Positions 23,801 to 38,625 are shown, counted from the stretch's first letter. The stretch: 64,000 bases of DNA from Prorocentrum cordatum (GCA_963575745.1 CAUYUJ010000336.1:186001-250000), one strand, 5' to 3'. Made by a program: numbers and translations. Notes: generated from the letters alone by a model not told the origin.

Positions 23801-26800
23801 TCGACCTGCCGAAAGTTCCCGACGCAGCGGCGGCGAAGAAAATCAACCGCAGCATCGCGGTGCAAGAGGAGAAGGGGCGCGGGAGCTTTATCACGAACGC
23901 CGACGAGTCGTTCGACCCGTTTTCTTCTTCTACGGCACCTCGTCGAGGCAGGCCCTCGTGCGCGTACGTCCCCAGCTGCTCGCCTACGTCAGCGGTGACC
24001 TCGGCGAGGGGTGCGCCTGTCCAAGGAGGGGGTGGCGCGCGAGGGGCGCCCGTCCGCCCTCGCTCCCGGCGGCCAGGACACGAAGGCCAGCAAGGACAAG
24101 GACAACGACGAGACAGGGGCGACCGTGGAACGCGCAGCCGGACGTCGGGCCACTTGATGCGCCGAAGCTTGAGCACTCATTTTTTTCTTGCGGCGCTCGC
24201 GCCACCCCAGGTGATCTACGTCGTCGAGGTGTTTTTTTTCTGTGCCGCACATGGCCAAACGGTCCACCCGAGTGGCCGCCCACCTCCCTTGTCGAGCTGT
24301 TCGCCAGCGGTTTCGTCGCTCCGTTTTTTTCTTTGGGTCGCGCGACTCGAGGCCCAATCTGTGGGCTTCGAGATCCCGGACTTCCAGCTACTTGCGGCCA
24401 TGCTGTTTTGAGCCTTCGGTATTGTTCCACAGAGAGCCACCGCGCTGTTGCGCCCACTCAACGGACAGATGCCCCGCACCGAACAACTCTACGATGACCT
24501 AGTTGAGCAGATGCGCTCCGCAGGCCGCATCATCGAACGAGTCCCCGGCAACATCGATGAGACACCATGCGCGGCGACACCTTCATGACAAACGACGGAC
24601 ACCGCGCCCGACGTTTCCTTCAAGAGGGCCCATGGCGGGCGGAACCGATGGTGTGGCTGCCACTGGCGATCCCCATTTGCAGATTGATTTTGGTCAGCAG
24701 TCATATTTGATGAAGCTGGGCAAGCAAGCACATTCTGATAAGCGTCCCTCGCGGACGGCATGCACGCGCATTGCTTCGCGCTTGGGGCGGTGCGCGCCAC
24801 TTGGACGGACAGTGTGCAGAGATGTATTTCCAAGAGCTGGATGCCACAGGTGTTTAGGCGGAGGCGAAGAACGCTGGCGGGCATCATCATGTCGCGTCGC
24901 ATCCTGGTGTCAGGACTCCAGGTGGGGTTGCTTGTGGTAAGCTTGAGTTGAAAGTCTTTCATAGACGCACGCGAAAAGCCTGCCATGCTTGAACTTCCAC
25001 GTCGAGCACTTCGGGTGCACATGGCTTGCGGTCGGAGGCCTACCAGGAAAACGCGATCACTGAAAGGTGACCTCTCCTTTGGCGTGATGTAAAGGACACG
25101 TGCCCTTTTTCGGTATTCAAATTGGAAGCGGTTTCGCTGTAGCGAGCCTCGAGTGCCAATTTTGATGGTGTTATTTCTTGTCCACTGGGAAGCAACAGCG
25201 TCAACGTTGTCCTCATGGCTGGAGTGTTCGTAGCCGTCGCCGTCGCGCCCCTGCAGTTTCTGTGCAAAGAAAAAACGAGCAGGACGGCACAATCTTCGAC
25301 ACAGATAACACAAACCCATACAAGCGTCGTTATGTGTGGGGGGTGGTTGTCGGTGGTTGTTTGGGGCCGGGGCACTTCCCCCCCCTCTTTCCAAAGAGCA
25401 ACCGAAGACAACACGAACGAATTATTATGATTTCGCAGCTCTAGCGGGCCCGTTTTCGCCGTAATCGTCGTCATCGTCGTCGTCGCCGCCGACGCCGCCG
25501 CCGCCCGCGCCGCCGTCGCCGCCGTCGGCGTCAACGTCGCCGCCGCCGCCTCCGCTGTGGCCACCGTCGTGGCGTCGCCGTCGTGTCGTTTCGCTATCAT
25601 CATCGCCTCGGCTGCCGTCGCCGTCCTCGTTTTCCCCATCGTCGCCGCGACGTCATCGCCATCGCCATCGCACCGCTGTTGTCATAGCCGTTGCTGCCGC
25701 CGTCAAGTTTGGGGGTCTTGCGGGCTCTTGGGGCTGGGGCGGGGGCGCGTGAGGCGCGCGAGACTGGGGATGTTTGGAGGTGGGGGGCACGTCTGGAATG
25801 CCATGCCGCGTTTGGCGGGAGATGTCACGCAAAGCCGCACTACGACATCGAATGCAACGCAACGATGCCAAATGACGCTCCCTTTGTGCATGTCAAGCAT
25901 ATGGCACGGCATCTGTGGCTAAGCAGGTAATACTATGTTGTGTTTATGTTTGTTGTCGCGTCACTGTACCAAACCGATATGTGTGATCGTGACGTTTATA
26001 CTGCGCTCATGCGAGTGCGAAAGCGGTAATAGTCATGTGATTGCATAGTGTTGAGTTTGTGATGGTATCCAGGGCCTTCGTACCAAGGGTTTGGCCGCAC
26101 GCCCCACGTCACGATCACACGCAACTTGCACAAAACAGGTCAGACCATTTTGCGCAAAGTAAACAACCAGTCAGTAGGAGGAGGAAGAGGAATATCAAGG
26201 AGGAGGAGGGGGAGGAAGAAGAGGAGGGGGGGAAGCGGGAAATTATCATCTCCTACTCTTCTCTTTCCCCCCCGCTCCCGTTCCCTCACCCCGCAGTCCC
26301 CGTTCCCGCCTCGCCCCCCTCAGCCTCTCTCCCCCCCTCTGGCTCTCTCGCCTTTCGTCAACCTTCTGCCCCAAGACGGCCCAAGAGGGCCCCGAGAGGG
26401 GGCCCAGAGGGGGCGACGAAGGGCCATACGAAATGACATGTCGAACCTTTTCCTCCAAGATGGCCCCGAAAGCGCCCGAGAGGCTTCCGAGGCGTTCCCA
26501 AGCGGTCCCCACGAGGCCCGTCCCTCCCGCGCGCGCCCCTCCTCTGGGCCCTGGCGGGTCCATGGCTGGCCCCTGCGGCGGGCGCGGAACGTGCGGGCGC
26601 GCCCACCGACGCGATGCTCCGACCAGCTCCTTCGCCGAATGCACGCGCGCGCCGCGTTCGCGCGTGCTCGGCCTGCCCGGCCGTCGGAGGACCCGCTCTG
26701 CTTCGACCTGTGGATGCTCTGCAACAGGTTGCGGCGGCGAAGTCCGCTCCTTACCCTCGCCGGTCAACGATTCAGGCAACTCGGTGGGCGGCGGGGGTGG

Positions 26801-27459
26801 GGTTGGGAATTCGTCGACCACGTGGCGAAATCCGAACCCTGCCCACGCCTCCCATCGACTCAGGAGAATCGATGGTTGGTGGGGGGTGGGGTTCGGATGT
26901 TGCCACCTCAGGTTTTTCCTCTGCTTCTCCGACCGGGCCGGCGCCGCACGCGCCGCCGTCCCCCCTTGCTCGGCTTCGCGTGCGTGTGGCCCTTCACCAG
27001 AGTGACCTTGGGTGCGGGCCCAGAGGGTCTCCCCCAGCACTGGCCTGAAGCGGCTTACTCGCTTGAGTTTGGCCCCCTTGCGCAACCCCAAAACCGCGCA
27101 CCAAAAGTCTCGCTGACCCTTCGGGTGCGCCCACAGGTGGGGCCGCTCCGTGTATCGGCGACCCGGGGGGGAGCAGGAGGAGGAGGAGGAGGCGTGTCTG
27201 CGAGAGGGGGGAGGGTGCGTGCGTGCTTCTCCGGCCAGGCCAGCGCCGTGCCCGCTGCCGATGATTCCCCCCTTCGGATGGTTTTTAGGACGTCCCCGAA
27301 CACGGTGTGTGCATGTGTGTTGGTTGAAAAAGTAGAGACGCATTCATCTACGCGAAGATCCCCTATATGTGTATCGATTTGCCCAGACCTGTTCCGCTGC
27401 GAGTGTCTGGGTACAAGAGAGTCAGGGTATGAGTTGGTCAGAGCAACAGATTATGAGAT

Positions 27460-27800
27460 CGTGTGAGTCTGAGTGTGGGTGACTCTGTGTGGACGAGTCT
27501 GGGTGTGAGTGATTGTATGTGTATGAGTGTGAGTACAGTGAAGCTTAGGCTAAGTGCATATGGGTGTGAGCGGTCGAGTGTTAGAGTGTAGGTCTGTGTG
27601 TGAGTGGTCAGAGTGTGAGTGGTCTGAGTGTGATTGTGAGTTTGAGTGGTCTGGCTGTATCTGAGTGTGAGCGGTCTGACTGTGAGTGTGAGTCTGAGTC
27701 TGAGTGATTCTGGGTGTGAGCTTCGGCTCAGTATATCTGAGAGTGACAGAGTCCGAGTATGAGAAAGTCGGTGTGCGAGTCAGAGCGTGAGCGAGTCTGG
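27460..27800. repeat. GAGTGT/GAGTCT low-complexity repeat
   Basis: Degenerate hexamer array; similar patch at 30890-30995. Confidence 0.7.
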
Positions 27801-27879
27801 AAATTCAGACTTGAGACGAAGCAGGCGGGAAGAACGAAAAGAGAGGAGGCACGTCAAAAAACCAGATTTCGGCTCACGG

Positions 27880-29017
27880 GCGATAGGATCCCAGGTAAAA
27901 CAAGCACACACCCGCAGGATTAGAGCCCCAGGACAGGGGCAATACATAGGAGCATACGTAAAACACAGGATTTGTGTTTCGTGGGATGGGTAATCTACAG
28001 GATCATACGTCAAACACTTAGGATTCGCGCTCCAGGAGAGAGCCAGAGGCAATCGATCGGAACCAGCGTAACACACGTAGGATGCGAGCCTCAGGAGATG
28101 GACAACCTATATACACATGTATAATATACATATGTATAAATATGTAGTATATATACATATGTGTAGATATAAAGTATATATATATATATATATGTGCAAA
28201 TCAAATAGGAACATGCATACTATGTTGAGGTATCGAGCCCCAGGAGTGGGGCAATGTATCGGAACATGCGTAACACACGTTGGATTCGAGACCCAGGAGA
28301 AACAATCTACGGGAACATGCGTACACCACGTAGGATTCGAACCGCAGGGGAGGGGCAATCTACAGGAACATACGTAAGACGCTTAGGATTCGAGCCCCAG
28401 GAGGCCCCCTGGAGCCTCCTGGGGCTTCCTGCTTCCTGGGGCATCCTGGGGCATCCTAGGGCATCCTGTGGCCTCCTGTGGCCTCCTGTGGCCTCCTGGG
28501 GCTTCCTGGGGCCCACTGGAATCTCCTGGTGCTTCCTAGGGCCTCCTGGGACCTCTTGGGGCTTCCTGGTGCCTCCTGGGCCCTCCTGAGGCCTCTTGAC
28601 GCCTCCTAGAGCCTCTTGGAGCCTTCTGGGCTCACCTGGGGCTTCCTGGGGCTTCACCGACACATTCAAACCGCTTGAGACATCCCCACAATCTGGGCAC
28701 CATGGGGAACATGAGAGGGGCACTCCATAGGAACATGAGAGGGGCACCCATGGGGAACATGAGAGGGGTAATATATATATATATATATATAAATATATAT
28801 ATAGGTTAATGCGGATTCGAGCCCATGAGAGGGGCAATGTTTGTAGACAGAGCCCCAGGAGAGGGACAGTCTATAGGAACCTACGTACACAACCTAGGTT
28901 TCGAGCCCCAGGAGAGGGGCAAACCATAGGAACATACGTAACAACATTTAGGATTCGAGCCCCATGAGAGGGGCAAACCACGCACACACGCACACACACA
29001 TCTCTCTCCCATTCCCT

Positions 29018-29059
<42 letters not shown>

Positions 29060-30053
29060 AGTGGCACGTGTGTGCCCAGGCTCAAACAAAAAACTGAAAG
29101 GGCGTTTGAAGCAGGAAGACACCATGACGGCGGGATTGGAGATGGAGAAGGGGAAGTTGGGGCTCCCCAGGAAGCCTCAGGAGGCCCGACTTGGATACCG
29201 GAAGCGGCTCCAGGCGGCCCCAGGATTGTGAGTGTTGTGTGGGTTTGTGTGTTGTGTGTGTGTGTGATGTGTGCTCTGTGTTGTGCGTGTTTTCTGTGCG
29301 TTATAGGTGTTGTGTGTTTTATGTTTGTCTAGCGTGTGATGTGTTGGGTGTGATTTGTGTCTCTGTGTGTGTATGTAGTTCTGAGGCCCCAGGAGATCCC
29401 AGGAGGCCCCAGGCGGCCCCAGGAGGCCCCAGGAGACCCCAGGAGGCTCCAGAAGGCCCCAAGAGGATCCAGGAGGCCGCAGGAGGCCCCAGGAGGCCCC
29501 AGGAGGTTCCAGGAGACCCCAGGAAGCTCCGAGGCGGGTTCTGGGGTACCAGAAGGTACAGAAAGCCCCAGGAGGTTCCAGGAGGCCCCCAGGAGGCTCC
29601 GAGGCGGGGTCTGGGGTACCAGAAGGTACGTCGGGGCTCGATTTTGGGAGGATGTCTCAGGCGAAACCGCCATTCTCTGAGAATCGGGGTCAACATGATT
29701 GAAATTACCATGTGCTTTTGAAGGCGTTATGTTAAAATATTGAAATTCCTATGTGTTTTTTGTTGACCCTGACGTCACGATCTGTGTGAGGGGTGCCACC
29801 GATTTTCAGAATTTCGAGGATGTCCCTAGCGAAACGGCGAGAAACATAGTGAACGACGCGGCGCGTACGCATTAATCGCTTCTGAGCTCTACTTCCTTTG
29901 AGAGGTGCGTATGAAAATATGTTTATACATACATTTTTAAATACATATATATATAGATATAAATATGAATATAACTATATAGATACACATATAAGTGTAT
30001 ACAAATACATACACATGTTTGTAGATTTACACAGATGTGTATTTCTGCATATG

Positions 30054-30100
<47 letters not shown>

Positions 30101-30565
30101 ATATAGATGTGCAGACATACGTAACACACATAGGATTCAAGCCTCATACGAGGCACCATAAAATAAAGCACATAGGAGTCGAGCCTCATGGGAGGGGCAA
30201 TCTACATGAACAAACGTAAAAACGTAGGGCTCGAGCCCCAGGAGAGGGGCAATCTATAGGAACATGCGTAACGCACGTAGAATACGTAAGACTGTTAGGA
30301 TTCGAGCCCCAGCAGGCCCTCTTGAGCTTCTGCGTTTCCTGGGACCTCCCAGGGCCTCGTGGGCTTTCCTAGGGCTTCCTGAAGCTTCCTGGGGCCTCAT
30401 GCGGTCTCCTTGAGCCTCCTGGGGCCTCCTGAGGCTTCCTGTGTGTTCCCGAGGGCGTCCTGGGGCCTCCTGAAATCTCCTGAGGGCCTCCTGGTGCCTC
30501 CTGGGGCCTCCTGGAGCCTCCTGGAGCTTCCTGGGGCCTCCTGGGGCCTCCTGGGGCCTCCTGGC
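27880..30565. repeat. Composite repeat region: ~50-bp GGATTCGAGCCCCAGGAGAGGGGCAATCTATAGGAAC units, 10-bp CCAGGAGGCC satellite in both orientations, (TA)n
   Basis: Directly visible tandem units at 27880-28400, 28400-28655, 28700-28980, 29385-29620 and 30110-30565. Confidence 0.85.
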
Positions 30566-32984
30566 ACAACCTGCTCCGAAAGCGGAGGATGACGCGCATG
30601 CAAATAGGCACGCTGCTTGAGATATCCCCGCAAACTGGGCGCGAACGGGCTCGTGAGGCACCCCCCTGCCGCCCCCTCCCCCCGGTGGGAGTACCGAAGC
30701 TAGCGCCTCGCCTTAGACATCCTCACAAACTGCGCCGAAAGCAAAGGGTGTCGCGCATGCGAACAGGCAGACCGCTTGAGACATCCCCACAAGCTGGGCG
30801 CGAACGGGCTCGTGAAGCACCTCCCTGCCGCTCCCCCTTGGGAGTGCTGAGACCAACGCATCGCCTGAGACATTCTCACTGTCTGTGTGTGAGTGATTCG
30901 GAACATGAGTGAGTCTGAGTTGAGTCTGAGTGGAGTCTCAGTGATGAATACGTTTTGAGTGCGTCTGAGTGTGAGCGAGTCTGAGTGTGCTGAGTTCTCC
31001 CGCGCGGTGACAAAAGTGTTAAGAACCACATCTTAGGATATGGGGGAACACACAACAAACTACCTGGCTGGAGCGCCCCCCCCCCCCACAGGTGGATTCT
31101 TCCTTTGCCCCGCTGCTCTGGCAGCTGGGCGCCCCCGCCTGGCCAGCCCTGTGGCTGGGCGCCCCCGCCCCGCCCAGCTGGTTGCGCGCGCCGGCTGGGT
31201 TGGCGGCTCCGCCCGCCTGCCCCGCTGCTCCTGCAGCTGGGCGCCCGCGCCTGACCACTCTTGCCGCCGGGCGTTCTTGGCTCCCCAGGCTTTGATGCGT
31301 GCGCCAGCCGGGCCAACCGGCCCTCCCCCTCCCCGCCTTCCGCCCCGCCGCTCGGGTGTTCCCTTTCGGTTGCGGGCGTCCTCGATGCACCGCGCCACTT
31401 CAGAAGCTGGTGCTCTGTGGCTCAGCAGCCTCTGGCAGTACTGCAGCTCTGCTGCGCGCTTTGCAGCCCTCCGCAGCTGTGCAGCCGGCGGGCCTGCAGC
31501 CTTGCTGTCAGCAGTTCAGCAGGGCAGTATGGCAGTCTTTTGCTGCAGCGAGCTGGTCGAAGGCCCAGCCCTCGTGGTCGCTAGGGCCTTCCCGCATCCC
31601 GCTGGCGCCATACTTGCAGCAAAGCCTGTCGCCCACGGCCTTCTGACGAAAATTTGGATGCTGCCCGCTTCTGTGGGCTCGCTCGCGGCTCCTCCTCCCG
31701 TACTGGTTTGATTTGGTATATGCGATCTGCGCCTGCAACCTCTGCCTCTGCCCCTGGGTGTGGCCTTAATGCCGCTCCGCGTCCACTGCCAGGCCGCCTC
31801 AGTTCAGGCTGGCCGCACGGGCCGCAGGTGTTCGTGCAGTGGGTACCATCCCTCTTTCCCCCGACCTTGGCGGCCCGCTTCCGTCTCCTTCTCCCCGCTC
31901 GCAGCCAGACAGTTCGTTGGTACCCGACCCCGCCTATTGAAGCGCGCGTGCGGATTGCCTTTGCTGCGCTGCGACGTTAAGAACAAGATGTGTTGGCCCG
32001 AGTAGCCCCACCGGTCGTACGCAGTCGATTTCGGCTCCTAGTACGTCGTATGCATCGTATTGAGGATCCGGTCGACAAGCACACGTTGGCACTAACACGC
32101 GTTCTAAGACCATCGACCCTTGCGGCAGGCGCGTCCACAGGGGGGGGGGCTCTCCGGGGAGGGGGGCGGATAGGAGGAGGAGGAGGAGGAGGAGGAGGAG
32201 GAGGAGGACGCGAAACGGCACGAGAGGGAACAGGAGGAGCAGGGGGACTGCGTGCGAGTTGGGAGATGCGGGGGGGAGGAGGACGGGGAGGGCTGTGCCA
32301 CCGTGGTCCCGAAAACCGGATCTGCCACTTCTGCCGTTGGGAACAGGGGGGGAGAGGATGTACGTCTGAGAGGAAGGAGAAGGATAGGGGGGGAGGGGAA
32401 GGGGTGCACGCGGGCCCCCGAGTAATGTGCGCTCGGTGGATTCCGTGTTCCATGGGAAGGGGGGAGGAGGAGGAGGAAGAGGAGGAGCAGGAGAAGGAGG
32501 AGGAGCAGGAGGAGGAGGAGGAGGAGGAAGAGGGAAACAGACAATACATTTAAGAACCAATAGTTTAATATCATGAATAAGAAGAGCAAGACTAGCGATA
32601 GTACGATCCGTACTATTTCTAACATGTTTGAATACTATGACAACAAGAATACTAGCACCAACGCCAATCAGCATAGCAGAACTTGAGCATGAGAAGACTA
32701 TCGGGAAGCAGACGACGAATAGTACAGTAACGAAGATAACGACTACTAAACATAGCAATAGCGAGAATGTCATACATACATACACACGAACATCATACTG
32801 TTACGAATCATACACACATTGCTATTGATACCTAACGCCTGTAATAGTGTAGTCGGAAGAAGACTAACAATCTTCATATTCGTACTACAAGTAATATTGT
32901 TAATCCACAAAGTCATATCCATAGTGCGATTGCTATAAATGAGAATACGATGGCGAATGCTGACATACATAAGCAGACGAGGGT

Positions 32985-33725
32985 CACGAGGAGGAGGAGG
33001 AGGAGGATAAACACGATGAGGAGCAGAAAGAGGAATATGAGGAGGAGGGGGAGGAGGAGGAAGAGGAGGAGGTGGAGGAGGAGGAGGAGGAAAAGGAAAC
33101 ATAGGAGTAGAAGAAGGAGGAGGAGGAGAGGAGGAAGAGGAGGAAGAGGAGGAGGAGGAGGAGGGGAGGAGGGAGGAGGAGGAGGGGGAGGAGAGGAGGA
33201 GGAGGAGGAGGAGGAGGAGGAGGAGGAGGAGGAGGAGGAGGAAGGGGAGGAGGGGGAGAGGAGGAGGAGGAGGAGGAGGAGGAGGAGAGGAGGAGGAGGA
33301 GGAGGAGGAGGAGGAGGAGGAGGAGGAGGAGGAGGAGGAGGAGGGGGAGGAGGGGAGGAGGTGAGAGGGGGAGGAGGAGGAGGAGGAGGGCGGAGGAAGA
33401 GGAGGAGGAGGCGGCGGAGGCGGAGGAGGACGAGGAGGAGGAGGAGGAGGAGATGAAGGAGGAAGAGGACGAGGAGGAGGAGGAGGAGCAGGAAAAGGAG
33501 GAGGAGGAGGAGGAGCAGGGGGAGGGGCAGGAGGAGCAGGGGGAGGAGCAGGAGGAGCAGCAGAAGCAGCAGGAGGAGCAGGGGGAGGAGCAGGAGGAGG
33601 AGCAGGACGAAGAACGGAGGAGGAGGAGGAGGAGAAGGAGGAAGGGGAGGAGGGCGAGGAGGGGGAAGAAGAGGAGGAAGACAATGAGGAGGAGGAGGAG
33701 GAGGAGGAGGAGGAGGAGGAGGAGG
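32985..33725. repeat. Long (GGA)n microsatellite
   Basis: Imperfect GGA tract; others at 12500-12600, 32170-32530 and 35605-35760. Confidence 0.95.
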
Positions 33726-36469
33726 GACGGTGACGGGGAGGCGAAAGGAGAGGGTTGTTGATGGACCGGAGGGGGACACAAGGGATTACGGGCAGGGCGG
33801 GAGATGGAGAGGTCTGGGAAGAGGGAGAGCAGTGAGCATAGCGCGGGGGAGAGAAGAGGAGCGAAGGCAAAGAGGAAACGGAAAAGGAGAGAGGGAGGGA
33901 GGATACCAAGAGATTGATGCGATGGAAGGGAAGGGAGGGAGAGGGGAGGTGGAAGGATGGATGGGGTCGGGAAGGAGGGATGAGGAAGGAGGGGATACAG
34001 AAGGAACGAGGAATGAAAGGAAGAGGGAGAGAAGATTGTGGAGACGGACGGGGTGAAAAGGGAGGAGGGGGGGCGGGTTGAGGAGGAGGGAAGAGGGGGG
34101 AGGGCCGTGTGCGGCGGTACGCGGTATGGGAAGGGTGAGGACGATCTTGACGTTTCTGCTGTTCTTCCGGGCCCACGCCTGCCCGCAGCCGCGCGTCTCA
34201 TGAGCGGCGGGGTGATGGGTGCCCGGCGCTCGCTGGGCGGGCGGGAGGGCGGCCGCGACCCTTCCCCGCTTGGCACCTCGGTGGGGCTCGCGGGGCCCCC
34301 GCCTCGGAGGGCGCCTCCCCTCGCCGGCCGCGGTTCGAGCTGCCGGCACGACCGATGCGGCCGCGATGGCGCGTGCCGGCGGGAACTTCCCAGCGCGTCT
34401 CAGAGGCCGCGCTGGCGCGCGGGTGTTTCAGTGCGGGTCTGTGGCTCGGGCAGGCGCGGTCTCATGATGACGTCGACAACGGCGGCAGCGGAAGGGTCGC
34501 TCGCGCTCGTGGTGTTTTCGCCTCGGTCGGCCAGCCTTGCGCGGCCTCAAGCTCGAGAAAGAACAGCCCACCCGCGCATTCACCAGACGCTTGTGGACTT
34601 AGCCGGCACGCCCCCACGGCGACGATTGCGAATCGCGGCGGCTCCAGCTTCATAAGTCGTTTTATACAACAGTCTCAGTTTTGTTCTAAACAGTTTTCGT
34701 TTTGTTTGTGAACGCACTTCTGCGTTAAAGAAATTGCGCCGTTGCACGTGCGCGTTGGCGCGTTTTGAGCCGTGTCCCAGGCATCTTCGTACGCGGCAGT
34801 TTTTTCTTAAAACGATGTGGGCATGTATTAAACACGCGCTTGGTTTTATAATAATGTTTTTCCCCGGCCCTCGGCGGCTGCTTCGTTCGCAAGTTGCCAG
34901 TGGGCAGAGAGAAACTTTGAGCATATATAATATGATGTCGTGGGTGTGGGGGTGGCTTGAATCGCCTTGCCAATTGGTCGGGCGCTGGCCCTTCCAGACC
35001 GCGCCGGGCCACGAAAAGTCGCCCAGCTGCCAGAAGGCTCTGTGTTCCCAGACCACGTTGGTAAACGATAGAGCGTTGGAGTTGTCCGGTTCCTTCCTGC
35101 GTTCGTGTTGCAGTTTCAGTGTGCGCTCCGACTGGGCAGAGGCCCGCGATTGGACCAGACGATCACGTCACCAAGCATCTTCACGTAGTGGTTCGCGTCC
35201 GTTGTTGCGACGGCCGCGACGTATTGTGCACGGGCGCGGCCCCCTAATCGTGGCAATCTGGCACCGCCGGGTGTGACGTTCGCCCACGTCGTACTTGCAG
35301 TTTTTGACAAAAATTGCCTGCTCAAACGGCACCTTTTGTAAGCTGTTGCGTTCTCGTGCCCATCAGCAGGTCATCGGCGATCATCGCGTCACCACCCGCA
35401 TTATCCAGACCATCGTATTCACTTTGTCCATCTTCGTCATCCGCATGTGGCCTGGTAGCGTTCGCATCCGTTGCTGTTGTCGCTTCTGCAGTCATGATCC
35501 CTTGTAGTGGGGCTCATTATGATTCTTGCCGTGTTGGTGGTGAACACGACGATGACGACGACAGGGGCGACAACGATGAGGATGAATGCTGCGGACGAGT
35601 AGGATGAGGAGGAGGAGGAGGAGGAGGAGGAGGAGGAGGAGGAGGAGGAGGAGGAGGAGGAAGAGGAGAGCGAAGAGGAGGAGGAGGACGAGGAGGAGCA
35701 GGGGGAAGACGAGGAACAGGAGGAGGAGGACGAGGAGGAGGAGGACGGGGAGGAGGAAAACAACTGCACACCCAAGAGTCATCAACGATGTTGGGATACA
35801 CCTTCCCGCCAAACTCGTATCCATAGGCCACATACAAGGATTCACTTCCACTGAGGGAATGCTTCGCTGGGGGGCAACAGTGTGTCAATTTTTGAATGCG
35901 CCAGAATACCACATTCTCAAAGTTTCAACGCTTCGAGTTCACCTGACTGTTGCGTTGTGTCGATATTGATTTGCATGTCATCGCGAGTCGTATTTCATCA
36001 CCGCGAATCAGCGTTACATTTGCGCCCTGACAGTCCTGAGTCATTCGAACGTACCCTGTCTAGAAGGTTAGCCGTGCGAGCCTGAGAATCTTTTGCAAGT
36101 TGTAAAAACCGAATGTGCGCAACGTTGACGAACCACTGAACTTGTTATGTATATTTCAGCCTCTCATCCTCCTGTGCATATATCTCGCCTCCCCGCCCCG
36201 CGGCCGTATCGGATCGCAGGGCCCTTGCGTTGTGTGTTGCGCCTGCAGCGGGCGCGCGCGAGCCCCCGCAAAAGGAACGAACACATGATGTGTTTTGTTT
36301 GTTTGTGTTTTCTCTCTCTCTCTTGCTCTCTCTCCCCCTCTCTCGCTCTCTCCTTTTTTTGTTTTTCTCTCTCTCTCTCTCTTCATTTATGTGTTCTTCT
36401 TTCTCAACACGGTTCCTCACATTTGCACATCGTGTGTCGTTGTGTTCCATACAACTACTTCACTGCGCC

Positions 36470-36930
36470 CCACAACCACAGTTTGAAAAAAGGAGCCGCC
36501 ATCTTCCCGCGAAGCGAATGCAGGGTGTGAAGACGAATGTGATCCGCGCGAAGACGATAACCACATTTTGAAGACGGCCCGCCTTCGAATTTTGAAGACG
36601 GCCCGCCATTTTGAAAACGATGACCACGAATGTGCGGAAACGGGGGCCGCAGTCCGAAAACGACCCACCCTCAATATGCGAAGCCTTTGCACACGTTTAA
36701 AATTGGTGTGCGCCGCGCGAAAACGAGAACCACATGTTGAAAACTACCCGCCCTCAATACATGAAACCCTTTGCAGATGTTTAACACGAGCGTCCGCTGC
36801 GCTAAGCGACAGCCGCAAGCTTGAACTCCACCCACCCTCAATTGGTGATACTGTTGCACAGAATGATGACGAATGCGGGCGGCGCTGAAACTAGGACCAC
36901 ATTTTGAAAATCATCCGCCCTCCATGTGTC
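36470..36930 (+). repeat. Degenerate tandem repeat (CCACATTTTGAAAA..CCCGCCCTCAAT)
   Basis: At least 5 related motifs visible. Confidence 0.55.
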
Positions 36931-37756
36931 AAGATGTTGCCAGCTTCTAATATTCAGCTTCGTAAGTGGCAAGGGGGTCTCCGCCCTTCCAACCGGCATC
37001 GGAGTGCGACGGAACGAAGTTGTTCGTGCGGGTAAATGAAACTAGGAAACATCGGAACAGACAGGGGAGGGGATGGAGGAAACGGGGAAGACAAGGATGG
37101 CGGTGAGCAGTTGAGCAGGAAGACCGTCATATGAAAAGACGCTTGGTTCGCATGTGCCACAGTCGGAAAAGGAATCATATGACAAGCGTGGCGCGGCGGA
37201 GGAGGAGGAGGAGGACGATGAGGAAGATGAAGAGGACGAGGACGCAGACAAAAAAACGCAGCAACAACACGGGGATAACCCCTTTCATCGCCTCTTTCAC
37301 TTCTCCATGTGTTCATCACCCCCCGACTGGGATTTTTTTGTTTCCCCTCTTCTTCCCGTTTTTCTCCCCGGTCCTTCATGTTCATTCCATACCGTCACCC
37401 TCTCCGTCCCTTCCGCTGAGTACACAAAGAGGTGGCATCGCAGGCATTGGCGGCTACAACTAGTTTTGTTTATTGTAAGTTATTTCTCGCAATGTTGCAT
37501 GGCATCAGCAGGTCTTGTTTCATCCTCGCAGGCGTTCGGAATGTCGTCGTTTCAGTTCCCCCGCTCGTAGGGAAGTGCTGGCGGGTGTTTGATCCAAACG
37601 TGGTTAGCCAGTCGGAACAACAGCGCAGTATTAGTTTCACACCGGTTGGCATGAGATCAAAACACAAATTGTTACGCAAACGTAATACACGATCCGGGCA
37701 TAGGACCCAATTTGGTACATTTGTGAGTACTCTCGCTGTGGGTATCACCATGAAAC

Positions 37757-38625
37757 ATGGGGCCACGAACCATGCGAAGGGTGGGCCCCCATGGGGTGGG
37801 GCCGCAACGTGGGCGCTGCCGCTGGGGCTGTAGGCGGGGCCCGCGATGGCGCTGCGGAGCGCGTGAGGGGTGCGCCGCAACGGGGCGGGGCCGCCATTGG
37901 GGCCGACGGTGGAGCTCCCTACGGGGCCACGAAACGTTGTACTGGGTTGGGGGGACGCATGCGGACACCGCCACCGAGGCCTCCAATGGACTTCCCTATG
38001 GGGGCACGAAGCGTCGCACTGGGTGGGGGAAACGCTTACGAAACCGCAAGTGGGGCCGCTGGTGAGGTTCCCTATGCGGCCACGGAGCGCGAGACTGGGT
38101 ATGGGTGAAACGCATGTTGACACTGCCACCGAAGCCTTTGGTGGAGCTGCATATGGGGCCACGAAGCGCTTCAGTGGGTGTGGGAAACGCATGCGGACAC
38201 AGCTATTGAGGCCTTCGGTGGAGTCCCTTATGGGGCCACGAAGTATTGTATTGGGTAGGGAAACGCATGCGAGAGCAGCCTGTGGGGGCTTCAGTGGAAC
38301 CCCTTTTTTATGGGGGCCACGAACCGATGTATTGGGCGAAGGGCCCGTATGCGAGAGCAGCCTCTGGGGCCTTTTGTGAAGCTCGCGATGGGGCCGCGAA
38401 GCGCTGCACTGGGTGGGGGTCCCGCGCGCGAGAGCAGCCACGGGGGTCTTTGGTGGGGTTCATTATGGGGCCACGAAGCGCTGTACTGGAGGGGAGATGA
38501 AGGCAGAGGCAAGGAAGGGGAGGAGGGAGGAGGGAAGCGGGGGAAGAGGGCGGGAAAAGGAGGTGAGAGGACGCGCGGAACTGTCTTTTCAAAACGAGGA
38601 CCCAATACCACAGGACGGTTGGGAA
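37757..38625 (+). repeat. Second array of the same family with the same terminus
   Basis: Repeated ATGGGGCCACGAAGCG..TGGGT units ending in TCTTTTCAAAACGAGGACCCAATACCACAGGACGGTTGGGAA. Confidence 0.85.

Noticed and set aside
32770..34276. Long Pro/Ser/Leu/Glu-rich ORFs
   Set aside because: These are translations of (GGA)n microsatellite.
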